Assembly (NCBI GenBank): GCA_964420015.1
Contig: CAYQPO010000002.1
Location: 74,121 to 138,120 of the forward strand
Direction: 5' to 3'
Length of the DNA stretch: 64,000 bases
Source: an uncultured Candidatus Saccharibacteria bacterium
Lineage (GTDB): Bacteria; Patescibacteriota; Minisyncoccia; Phycocordibacterales; SBAW01
In this document: positions 27,661 to 35,335 of the stretch, piece by piece
Layout of the letters: each line of letters begins with the position of its first letter
How positions within the stretch are numbered: position 1 is the stretch's first letter
Notes under the pieces: model-generated
The model's input: only the letters and a program-made list of their open reading frames with translations
The model's database searches: none
Told to the model about the DNA's origin: nothing
Program-made: the position numbers and the translations under genes

Positions 27661-28860
27661 ATGCCTAGACACCGTTCTGCTGCGAAGCCCTTTACTCGGG
27701 GCCGTTTTAATACCAACCGCTCGCGGCCTCCGCAGCACCGCAACCAACCAAAACCCTTTTCGGATATTGGTCGTTTTATCAACAAAGCAGTCATCGTCGA
27801 AGAGGCTCCGGTTTTTGTCCCTCAACATCAATTTGCCGACTTTGCACTCGATCCGCGGCTTAAAGCAAACATTGCCCACAAAGGCTATGTGGTGCCCACG
27901 CCGATCCAAGACCGCGCGATCCCGCATATCCTCCGTGGGGAAGATGTGGTGGGCATAGCCAACACTGGCACAGGCAAGACCGCCGCATTCCTTATCCCGT
28001 TGCTTAATAAAATTTTGAGCGGCAAGGGGGAGCGTGTGCTTGTCGTGGTACCCACTCGCGAACTTGCCACCCAAATTGGTGACGAATTGCGCCCCTTTGC
28101 CAAAGGGCTTGGGATATACGCTGCCACCTGTGTGGGAGGCGCCAACATCAATCCGCAAATTGCTGAACTGCGCCGCAAACCGCAAGTGGTGATTGGCACG
28201 CCGGGGCGGCTCAAAGACCTACTCGAGCGAGGGAACCTCAAACTCGATACGTTTGGCACCGCGGTTTTGGACGAAGCCGACCGCATGCTCGACATGGGTT
28301 TTATCAACGACATGCGCAAGCTCTTGGGGCTTTTGCCTACACCGCGGCACACACTCTTCTTCTCAGCGACGCTCTCATCAGAGATCGAGAAGTTGATCGG
28401 TGAGTTTTTGCATGCGCCGGTGCGAATCTCGGTTAAGACGCAAGAAACCTCGGCCTCAATTGAACAAGACGTGGTGCATATCCCTCGTGGCACAGATAAG
28501 TTTGAGGTGCTCCACCAGTTGCTTCTGCAGCCGGGGTTCGACAAGGTGCTTGTGTTTGGCCGCACCAAATACGGTATTGAGCGTCTGTCTAAAAAACTTC
28601 TCCAGCGCGGCATACAAAGCGAGTCGATTCATGGCAACAAAACACAAGGCAAGCGCCAACGAGCTCTCGATCTATTTAAAAAAGACCATGTGCAAGTGTT
28701 GTGCGCCACCGACGTTGCTGCTCGTGGGCTCGACATTGTCGGGGTCTCTCATGTAATCAACTTCGACCTGCCACAAACACAGGAAGACTACGTGCACCGC
28801 ATTGGCCGCACTGGTCGCGGGGGAAGCAGGGGTAAGGCGCTGACCTTTATCGAGGGGTAG
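27661..28860 (+). CDS. DEAD-box RNA helicase
   Basis: PTPIQ, TGTGKT, PTRELA, TPGRL, DEAD, SAT, ARGLD, HRIGRTGR. Confidence 0.96.
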   Translation: MPRHRSAAKPFTRGRFNTNRSRPPQHRNQPKPFSDIGRFINKAVIVEEAPVFVPQHQFADFALDPRLKANIAHKGYVVPTPIQDRAIPHILRGEDVVGIANTGTGKTAAFLIPLLNKILSGKGERVLVVVPTRELATQIGDELRPFAKGLGIYAATCVGGANINPQIAELRRKPQVVIGTPGRLKDLLERGNLKLDTFGTAVLDEADRMLDMGFINDMRKLLGLLPTPRHTLFFSATLSSEIEKLIGEFLHAPVRISVKTQETSASIEQDVVHIPRGTDKFEVLHQLLLQPGFDKVLVFGRTKYGIERLSKKLLQRGIQSESIHGNKTQGKRQRALDLFKKDHVQVLCATDVAARGLDIVGVSHVINFDLPQTQEDYVHRIGRTGRGGSRGKALTFIEG

Positions 28861-28960
28861 AGTGCCCCGCATTGACAAAATAGCCTTATTTTGCTAGACT
28901 ATTTGCCAGTGGACGGCCCAAGGAAAGGGTCTTTTTGTTTACCCGTCTTCTGTAGTAGCC

Positions 28961-29188
28961 ATGAAATCTTCTCCTAAAAAAATTCTCAATAAAGCAACCA
29001 AACCGGCTCCCCAGCCGGTCATGAGCATGCCTAAACCCAAAGGCCCGCCCAAGCACTATCAGCAAGACGGTCATTGGATCGTCAAGCCGCGCAAAACTGA
29101 GGTCTACACTTGTCATTGCGGCAATCGCTATCTCAAGACGCGCCCACACCAAGACGAGTGCCTGCGCTGCATGTTTGGTCACAAGTAG
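28961..29188 (+). CDS. Small basic protein with CxC/CxxC (possible zinc ribbon)
   Basis: YTCHCGNRY...CLRC; preceded by TTGACA-17-TAGACT at 28872-28900. Confidence 0.6.
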   Translation: MKSSPKKILNKATKPAPQPVMSMPKPKGPPKHYQQDGHWIVKPRKTEVYTCHCGNRYLKTRPHQDECLRCMFGHK

Positions 29189-29204
29189 AAGACGGAAGCG
29201 CCCC

Positions 29205-29225
29205 GCCCCGAGTCTATCGAGGGGC
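29205..29225. repeat. GCCCCGA-N6-CGAGGGGC palindromic element (within terminator-like hairpin)
   Basis: GCCCCGA-GTCTAT-CGAGGGGC. Confidence 0.7.
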
Positions 29226-29274
29226 GGGCTTCTTCATGTAATTTTCTACTCCCCTTGGGTGTATACTATTTTAT

Positions 29275-29808
29275 ATGAATAGCACATCGTGGATCTGGGC
29301 CCTTGTGGCCGTCATTATTATCGGCGGGGGCGCGTGGTGGTATCTCTCGAACAACAACACCACCCAACCTGCGGCAACAACCACAGAGCAAACCACCGGT
29401 ACCGAGACCTCCGGTAGCCAAGCAAGCACGGGGAGCGACCAAGGCATGCAAGACAATGGAGTGACGGGGAGCGTCTCTGCGGGGGTTGGCACTCTTAAGA
29501 CTGTAACGATCACCTATGGCGCAAACGGGTTTAGCCCCGCAAACGTCACGATCAACAAGGGCGATACGGTGAGCTTTATAAACCAAAGCGGCGGCAACAT
29601 GTGGGTCGCCTCAGACGCGCACCCTACGCACGCTGAGTTTGACGGTACCTCGCGTGCCGAACACTGTGCCGCAGGCTACAGCGGTCCCACGCCATTTGAC
29701 CAATGCACTTCGGGTTCTTCGTACAGCTTTACGTTTACCAAAACAGGTACCTTCAACTTCCACAATCACGTGGCGGCGCAGTTTGGGGGCAAGATAGTGG
29801 TACAGTAG
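29275..29808 (+). CDS. Membrane-anchored cupredoxin-fold protein
   Basis: GFSP..VTI.KGDTV.F.N, HP.H, YSFTF.K.GTF.FHNH. Confidence 0.8.
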   Translation: MNSTSWIWALVAVIIIGGGAWWYLSNNNTTQPAATTTEQTTGTETSGSQASTGSDQGMQDNGVTGSVSAGVGTLKTVTITYGANGFSPANVTINKGDTVSFINQSGGNMWVASDAHPTHAEFDGTSRAEHCAAGYSGPTPFDQCTSGSSYSFTFTKTGTFNFHNHVAAQFGGKIVVQ

Positions 29809-29812
29809 AGGC

Positions 29813-30190
29813 ATGTACTCCAGAGCGGCGACTTTGGTGCTGCGGCTTGCCGTTGCGGTGGCGTTTCTCTATCCACCCTATGCAGCGCTCCAAGACCCGA
29901 TCTCGTGGCTCTCATACTTCCCCCAGTGGTTTCTGATGGCGGCACACACTGCTCAGTTCTCCGACATGGTAGTGCTGCACGGGTTTGGAGTGGTTGAGGT
30001 GGTAATCGCATTGTGGATTCTCTCGGGATGGCGGGTCTATATCCCGGCCACGCTTGCCATGCTTGTCCTGCTTGCGATAGTGGGCTTCGACTACCAAAAC
30101 TTTGACGTCTTGTTTAGAGATATCTCGATAGCCCTCGCCGCGGGTGCACTTGCGCTGCAAGCTCTGCAGGACCATACTAGGAGGGTATGA
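29813..30190 (+). CDS. DoxX-like membrane protein
   Basis: LR..VA..FLY, G..E..IA...L.G, .FRD. Confidence 0.7.
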   Translation: MYSRAATLVLRLAVAVAFLYPPYAALQDPISWLSYFPQWFLMAAHTAQFSDMVVLHGFGVVEVVIALWILSGWRVYIPATLAMLVLLAIVGFDYQNFDVLFRDISIALAAGALALQALQDHTRRV

Positions 30191-30843
30191 CCCGCACCGC
30201 CTGGACGATCGCCATCATTGTAGTGCTTATGCTCTTAATCGCTGGGGGAGTGGTTTTCCGTGGTCGGCTCACCAACTTGATCCCCTCCGGTGGGCAACAG
30301 ACGGAGCAGCAAGCAACTACGACGCCTACGCAGGCAGTGTGGCAGAGCTACGCAACTTCGACCTACTCGATCCAGTACCCGCCGAGCTATCACCTAAACG
30401 CGGCCTACCAATACACACAGTTTGGCCCGAATAAACCTATTGCGGGCACTTCGTTTACTGTTTCCCCAGAGATGGCAACCGGTACCAACCTTGCTTCTGA
30501 TACGTACCTCTCGGTAGAGCAGCTTCCGCGGGCCAAAAATTGCACGGGCGACATCTTTATCAACGCCGATGTGAGTGCGCAAAAAGTTACCGAAAACGGT
30601 GTGCAGTATTCGGTGGCAAGCTCAACCGGCGCCGGAGCGGGCAACCGCTACGAAGAGACCGTCTACGCGCTTGTAGGCTCCTCGCCGTGCACCGCGCTAC
30701 GCTACTTTGTCCACTACAGCGTAATCGAGAATTACCCCCAAGGCGCGGTGCGCGAGTTTGACCGCACACAACTCATAAGCGAGTTTGACCAGATCCGTCA
30801 TAGCCTCACGCTTGGTGCCGCCGCCGGTAATACACAGCCCTAA
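30187..30843 (+). CDS. Hypothetical membrane-anchored protein
   Basis: TM, W..Y....YSI.YP, GAGAGN.YE; ATGA overlap with the upstream gene. Confidence 0.7.
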   Translation: MTRTAWTIAIIVVLMLLIAGGVVFRGRLTNLIPSGGQQTEQQATTTPTQAVWQSYATSTYSIQYPPSYHLNAAYQYTQFGPNKPIAGTSFTVSPEMATGTNLASDTYLSVEQLPRAKNCTGDIFINADVSAQKVTENGVQYSVASSTGAGAGNRYEETVYALVGSSPCTALRYFVHYSVIENYPQGAVREFDRTQLISEFDQIRHSLTLGAAAGNTQP

Positions 30844-30920
30844 GTTCGAGCTTTTAAAAGCGGGCTACAATTAAATGATCAGGGTCTTGGCCCTGTCTAT
30901 TTACTAGTTTTAGTTTGTTT

Positions 30921-31310
30921 ATGATCCACAAAATTACACACATTAAGTACCACAAAGCGATGGGCATGCTTTTGGTACGGCTCGCTTCGGGCGTCGTGTT
31001 TCTTAATCATGGTTGGATGAAGTTGATGAACCTCGGCATGGCCGATGGGTTCTTTAAGGGCCTCGGATTGCCAGCCGGGACCGCGGTCTTTATTGCGCTT
31101 GTCGAGACGGTCGGTGGCGTTATGCTCATTTTGGGCATCGCTCCGCGCTTGGCCGGTTTGGTACTCGGTATCGAGATGATCGTCGCGCTCTTGCTGGTCA
31201 ACATCCCGCATGGCAGTTATGAGCTCGAAGTGTTACTTGCGGCAGCCTCGCTCGCGGTCTTTCTGGTGGGCGCTGGGCGCTACTCGCTCTACTCGCTCGA
31301 GAGAGAATAA
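30921..31310 (+). CDS. DoxX family protein
   Basis: LLVR...G.VF..HG..K, E..GG..L.LG, GAGRYSL. Confidence 0.88.
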   Translation: MIHKITHIKYHKAMGMLLVRLASGVVFLNHGWMKLMNLGMADGFFKGLGLPAGTAVFIALVETVGGVMLILGIAPRLAGLVLGIEMIVALLLVNIPHGSYELEVLLAAASLAVFLVGAGRYSLYSLERE

Positions 31311-31341
31311 CCCGCTCTTCGGTTGGAATGTAGAAAGCCCC

Positions 31342-31362
31342 GCCCCGAACAGATCGAGGGGC
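31342..31362. repeat. GCCCCGA-N6-CGAGGGGC palindromic element (within terminator-like hairpin)
   Basis: GCCCCGA-ACAGAT-CGAGGGGC inside AAGCCCC...GGGGCTT. Confidence 0.7.
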
Positions 31363-31392
31363 GGGGCTTGTTCGTTGCCACAGTGCATGACG

Positions 31393-31749
31393 CTACTGGG
31401 CCGAAGCGAGATAGAACGGTTGACCCTGCCGCGGCGCAAAGGGGTAGCGCCGGAGCATCACCACCGCTTGTTCGCCGGTCTTTGGATCACGAAAGGTCTC
31501 GTCGCGCGCACCCACGATGCGCTGAGCCTGACGCTCGCCGGCTTGGGGAAGCCAGCAGGCTTGCTTGGCCTTCAAGACGCCAAAGACTATAAGCACTCCC
31601 GGCTCGCCAAACTTTTCGTACGCATTGGCCAGCAGCTTGAGCGACTCACGCTCCCAGCAAGCAACGATTCGCTCCCCGGCATGAGCAGCGGGCATTGCGA
31701 CTGCCAATGTGCCTGCGCTGAGGGCAGCACTCACCAGTCTCCTAAGCAT
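31393..31749 (-). CDS. Hypothetical secreted protein
   Basis: MLRRLVSAAL...AHA signal peptide after AAGGAG. Confidence 0.6.
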   Translation of the reverse strand: MLRRLVSAALSAGTLAVAMPAAHAGERIVACWERESLKLLANAYEKFGEPGVLIVFGVLKAKQACWLPQAGERQAQRIVGARDETFRDPKTGEQAVVMLRRYPFAPRQGQPFYLASAQ

Positions 31750-31861
31750 AATGGGCTCCTTCCATTCCTTCGGTTCATCGCGCGTTGAACTCCCCCGGCA
31801 GACTATAGCTGAGCTATGCTGTAGATACAAGGAAGACTTCTTTTTGGTGTAATATGTACGT

Positions 31862-32032
31862 ATGGCCAAGAACGGTAAAAAAGACGGTGCGCGCAAGGGC
31901 AAGGTTAAGGGTCGCTCGCAGACCTACTCGCCCAAAAACAAGCGCTTTACCAAGGTCAACAACAAGACCGGTAAATTTATGGACCAAATGTCCAAGCGTG
32001 GCAAGGCTTTTAAGGGCGTGCGCGTGAAGTAA
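31862..32032 (+). CDS. Small basic protein (56 aa)
   Basis: Manual translation: MAKNGKKDGARKGKVKGRSQTYSPKNKRFTKVNNKTGKFMDQMSKRGKAFKGVRVK; followed by a terminator. Confidence 0.7.
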   Translation: MAKNGKKDGARKGKVKGRSQTYSPKNKRFTKVNNKTGKFMDQMSKRGKAFKGVRVK

Positions 32033-32083
32033 AAAACAACCGCGCCCCATTGGGGCGCGGTATTTTGCAGCTGGCCGGAGGAA

Positions 32084-32482
32084 TTAGCTCAACGCATGTG
32101 CAAGTTTGAAAGTTGACAGCTCGCAGCTAGCCGCCGCTTGTGCTTCGCTGGCCTGGTTGCCATCAGGCAGCGTCCAGTTGATCTTAAACAGCACATTTGG
32201 GCGCAACATCCGCGCACTGTCCTCAAGCGCCGAGGGCCAAAAGTCGATCGGATCGTCCGACGCCTCGAGCATGGCGGAGTGGTCGATCTCAAAGGTGAGT
32301 TGGCCTCGCTCGCTTTGGTCGATGTAGTTGGTCCGCAGCAGCTCCTCGACGCAGTAGAAGCCCGCCGCCTTAGACTTAAAGGCGACCTTCGATTCGTCAC
32401 GACAAATGATCGCGCCGTGGAGCACCTGGCAGTAGGGGCAACCAAAGGTGCCGAAGTAGGCTCTTAGGATTTCGTTGACCAT
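32084..32482 (-). CDS. Hypothetical protein (paralog A)
   Basis: ATG after GGAGG; G.I.C..........L....I...ER.....EI..SA pattern shared with the neighbouring gene. Confidence 0.65.
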   Translation of the reverse strand: MVNEILRAYFGTFGCPYCQVLHGAIICRDESKVAFKSKAAGFYCVEELLRTNYIDQSERGQLTFEIDHSAMLEASDDPIDFWPSALEDSARMLRPNVLFKINWTLPDGNQASEAQAAASCELSTFKLAHALS

Positions 32483-32488
32483 GGAAAA

Positions 32489-33001
32489 CCCTCCTCTAAC
32501 CTCGACTATATCAGTAAAAAACAAACCGCGCCCGGTAGGGCGCGGTTGTGGTCAGGGTGCCCCGATGCTAGTGCCGTGTTTCGGGGTTAGGTTCTCCCAA
32601 CTCGAAGAGGTGTTCGACCGCAAAGACGTCGGCACGAAGTACGGGGATGCCTTGCGGTTTGATAGAAAGCCCACGCACACACTCGGCGGGGTAGAACACG
32701 CATGCATCGACCTTAGAGCGTTCGGGGAGCGCAGAATTTTGTATCTCCTGCAAGACAAATGCCCGTTCGTTCTCGGTGAGCAGACCGTTGTTCATTAAGG
32801 CTTGCGCACAGCGCCGAGCGCTATAGCGCGAGTAGCACGACATCAGTGAGCCATTCGGGCATACGATGACTCCCTGGGTGGCGGCCGACCCAACTTTTAC
32901 ATCGAGTCGTGCAGCATTCCTATCGCCGTCTGACATGGGACCCTCCTAACCCCGACTATACCAGTAAAAAGCAAACCGCGCCCCTCTGGGGCGCGGTCGT
33001 G
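32489..33001 (-). repeat. Duplicated terminator-promoter-RBS module (32489-32550 and 32941-33001; third hairpin copy at 32039-32061)
   Basis: CCCTCCT..AAC..CGACTATA.CAGTAAAAA.CAAACCGCGCCC..GGGCGCGGT occurs twice. Confidence 0.8.
32568..32936 (-). CDS. Hypothetical protein (paralog B)
   Basis: ATG after AGGAGG; QGVIVCPNGS...LMNNGLLTENERAFVLQEIQNSALPE. Confidence 0.65.
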   Translation of the reverse strand: MSDGDRNAARLDVKVGSAATQGVIVCPNGSLMSCYSRYSARRCAQALMNNGLLTENERAFVLQEIQNSALPERSKVDACVFYPAECVRGLSIKPQGIPVLRADVFAVEHLFELGEPNPETRH

Positions 33002-33019
33002 TGCGTATCTACGAAAAAT

Positions 33020-33220
33020 TTATGTATGCATTTCGTCGCGATGTTGGTCGATGCGCTTGGCAAGCTTGTCAGGCGGCAACTCTTGGGCTGCGCCAAACAA
33101 GGTCGCGTTCGAGGTTCCGGTTGCCGGTGCCTCGGGCTCCTGCGACACCCACGGTGCGCCGGGGAATTCGCATGCCTCAAACATCATCAAACCGCTGCTC
33201 GCTTTGTGTTTTGTGCTCAT
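33020..33220 (-). CDS. Hypothetical protein (66 aa)
   Basis: Strong AGGAGG RBS, upstream TATAGT, downstream terminator. Confidence 0.5.
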   Translation of the reverse strand: MSTKHKASSGLMMFEACEFPGAPWVSQEPEAPATGTSNATLFGAAQELPPDKLAKRIDQHRDEMHT

Positions 33221-33287
33221 CGGGCCCTCCTACCTCTTCCTATTTTAAGACTATAGCAAAAAACCGAACTTCTGGTAGGGTGGGGGT

Positions 33288-33614
33288 GTGTCAATCGATA
33301 CCTACTATTTCTTCTTAATAATCCTCGGTGGCTTTGCTATCGTCTGGAGTTTTAGACTGTTTAATCGCTCAACAAAATCTTTGGGAGACTTTGAATATCT
33401 TTGCTTTAGTGCTGTCTGGGGTCTTGTGCTTGTGGGTTTTTATAGTTGGGCCGAAGATTCAAAGCCCGAAGTTTTAAAAGTATTTTTTGAAAATCCTTTT
33501 GCCGCGGGGTTGGTCCTGTTTTCATTTGGTCTACTTATCGGCGGGGTTGCTGGGGACATTTTTCATACTTCCCCCGGGTTCTTTGAGGCTGTGAAGGCAA
33601 GATTTTTAAAGTAG
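33288..33614 (+). CDS. Hypothetical membrane protein
   Basis: 3 TM segments. Confidence 0.6.
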   Translation: MSIDTYYFFLIILGGFAIVWSFRLFNRSTKSLGDFEYLCFSAVWGLVLVGFYSWAEDSKPEVLKVFFENPFAAGLVLFSFGLLIGGVAGDIFHTSPGFFEAVKARFLK

Positions 33615-33642
33615 CTTCGTGTAGTTTTGCTATACTTAAGCT

Positions 33643-33780
33643 ATGTACGGGATAGATGCACTACTGCAAAGCATTTTAAATTTTTTACTGCAGCTCCTGA
33701 CGCTCGTCATCAACTTTTTTATTGCCGTGTTGCAGCTTGTCTTGCACTTTGCCGAGGCGCTCGTTGGGGCAGTGCGTTAG
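33643..33780 (+). CDS. Small hydrophobic protein (45 aa)
   Basis: Manual translation: MYGIDALLQSILNFLLQLLTLVINFFIAVLQLVLHFAEALVGAVR; TATACT just upstream. Confidence 0.55.
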   Translation: MYGIDALLQSILNFLLQLLTLVINFFIAVLQLVLHFAEALVGAVR

Positions 33781-33810
33781 TACTAACGCGATAGGTGTAT
33801 ACTTCACCCT

Positions 33811-34128
33811 ATGAACAATTACATGTATCAGCAGGGCGATTGGGCCTACGGGCCCCATATGTGGAACGCGAGTATAGGTTTTGGCGGGCATGAGTGGGTG
33901 CTCTGGGCTTTGGCGCTCGCTGCGCCGTTTATTGTGTTGGCAGTGTTATGGACGATCTTGTGGAAGGGGCTTGCGCTCTGGCACTCGGCGCGCCGCGGGC
34001 AGTATTGGTGGTTTGTAATCATGCTTGTGGTTAACACGCTCGGGATCCTGGAGATCATCTACCTCTTCTTTGTAGCAGGGCTCAAGTTTAAAGAGCTTTT
34101 CTCCACGCATAGCCACCCGCGGTCGTAA
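33811..34128 (+). CDS. DUF5652-like membrane protein
   Basis: W...WKG.ALW.SAR..Q..WF..ML.VNT.GILEIIYL. Confidence 0.8.
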   Translation: MNNYMYQQGDWAYGPHMWNASIGFGGHEWVLWALALAAPFIVLAVLWTILWKGLALWHSARRGQYWWFVIMLVVNTLGILEIIYLFFVAGLKFKELFSTHSHPRS

Positions 34129-34217
34129 CCTATGGGTGAGACGGTCACTAGCCTCACGCGTATTTCAGGCGCCTGCTTATAGAGTTGGGCCATTAGTCCT
34201 AAATCGTAGTAAAGACT

Positions 34218-34445
34218 ATGGCACTAGACATCAACAGTATATCGGCGGAGGAGCTCACCGAGGCCAGTGGTATTTCGCCTGAAGTTGCTTTTGCTGTTTG
34301 CGAGTATCGCGACGAAAACGGTGGATTTATGGATATCGCCGAGGTGAGCGACGTCCCAGGCGTCGACGAAGAAGCGATGGAAGCGATCAAAAAAGCGGGG
34401 GTCAAAGTGGGCGCTGCGGCAGACCTCGACGGTGGGGGCATGTAG
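34218..34445 (+). CDS. ComEA-like helix-hairpin-helix protein
   Basis: LDINS.SAEEL....GI....A....EYR...GGF....E...VPGV. Confidence 0.8.
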   Translation: MALDINSISAEELTEASGISPEVAFAVCEYRDENGGFMDIAEVSDVPGVDEEAMEAIKKAGVKVGAAADLDGGGM

Positions 34446-34546
34446 GCCCACCTTGCGCAGGGGAGGGTGGCGTTTCGTAATTTTTTATCCCCAGAACTTG
34501 TGTATATTGTGTACAGGCTATGCAGAAGTTGTGCTATTCTGGTGCT

Positions 34547-35236
34547 ATGAGATACACAATAAATAAGTCGCTCACGGGTAAGCAAAAGCGCGTGCTCGAC
34601 AACATTGAGCTTTACATCAAGGCCAAAGGCGAACCCCCAACGCTCGAGGAGCTGCGCCAGAACCTCGGCTTTAAATCGCTGCGCACCGTCACGCAATACC
34701 TCGAGAGCTTGGAGCGCAAGGGCTTTATTGTTCGGCGCAAGCATGCACGGCGCAACATTGAGTTGCGCGCAATCGACGCTGCGGGCAGTGCGGCGACGCT
34801 GGTCTCGGTCCCCGTGGTGGCCAATGTGGGTTGCGACGATCTCTCGGTTTTTGCACAGGAGCAACAAGATGAGTTTTTGCAGGTAGACAAGCAGATTGTC
34901 GATGAGGTGGGGAGCGAAATTGTCGCAGTGCGCGCAGTGGGCGACTCGATGCTCGACGCGGGGGTCAAAAGTGGCGACTACATTTTGGTGCAATTTACCG
35001 ACAAGGTCAAAAGCGGCGATAGGGTCGCGGCAATCATCGGCGACATGGTCACGGTTAAGCGCCTGGAGCGCAAAGAGGGTGTCACGATTCTATACCCCGA
35101 AAACAAAGATCCTAAATATAAGCCCATTGTCTTGCGCGAGGACTTTAAGATCGCGGGTAAAGTACTATGCGTGATCCCCGCTGGCGTCGCCGAGATGAGC
35201 GATCTTATCCCCATTGCCGAAGAAGACTGGCGTTAG
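34547..35236 (+). CDS. lexA: LexA repressor
   Basis: LT.KQ..VL..I.......PPT.EE.....G.KS; V.GDSM and VTVKR peptidase S24 motifs. Confidence 0.88.
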   Translation: MRYTINKSLTGKQKRVLDNIELYIKAKGEPPTLEELRQNLGFKSLRTVTQYLESLERKGFIVRRKHARRNIELRAIDAAGSAATLVSVPVVANVGCDDLSVFAQEQQDEFLQVDKQIVDEVGSEIVAVRAVGDSMLDAGVKSGDYILVQFTDKVKSGDRVAAIIGDMVTVKRLERKEGVTILYPENKDPKYKPIVLREDFKIAGKVLCVIPAGVAEMSDLIPIAEEDWR

Positions 35237-35335
35237 TTTTACTTCCCCCAGCTATTTTCAAAGACACATGAATTTTTTATGTGTCCTTTATTTTTTCATG
35301 TATGGTTCAGCCAAGCAAGGTTTTAATGCTGAGGT

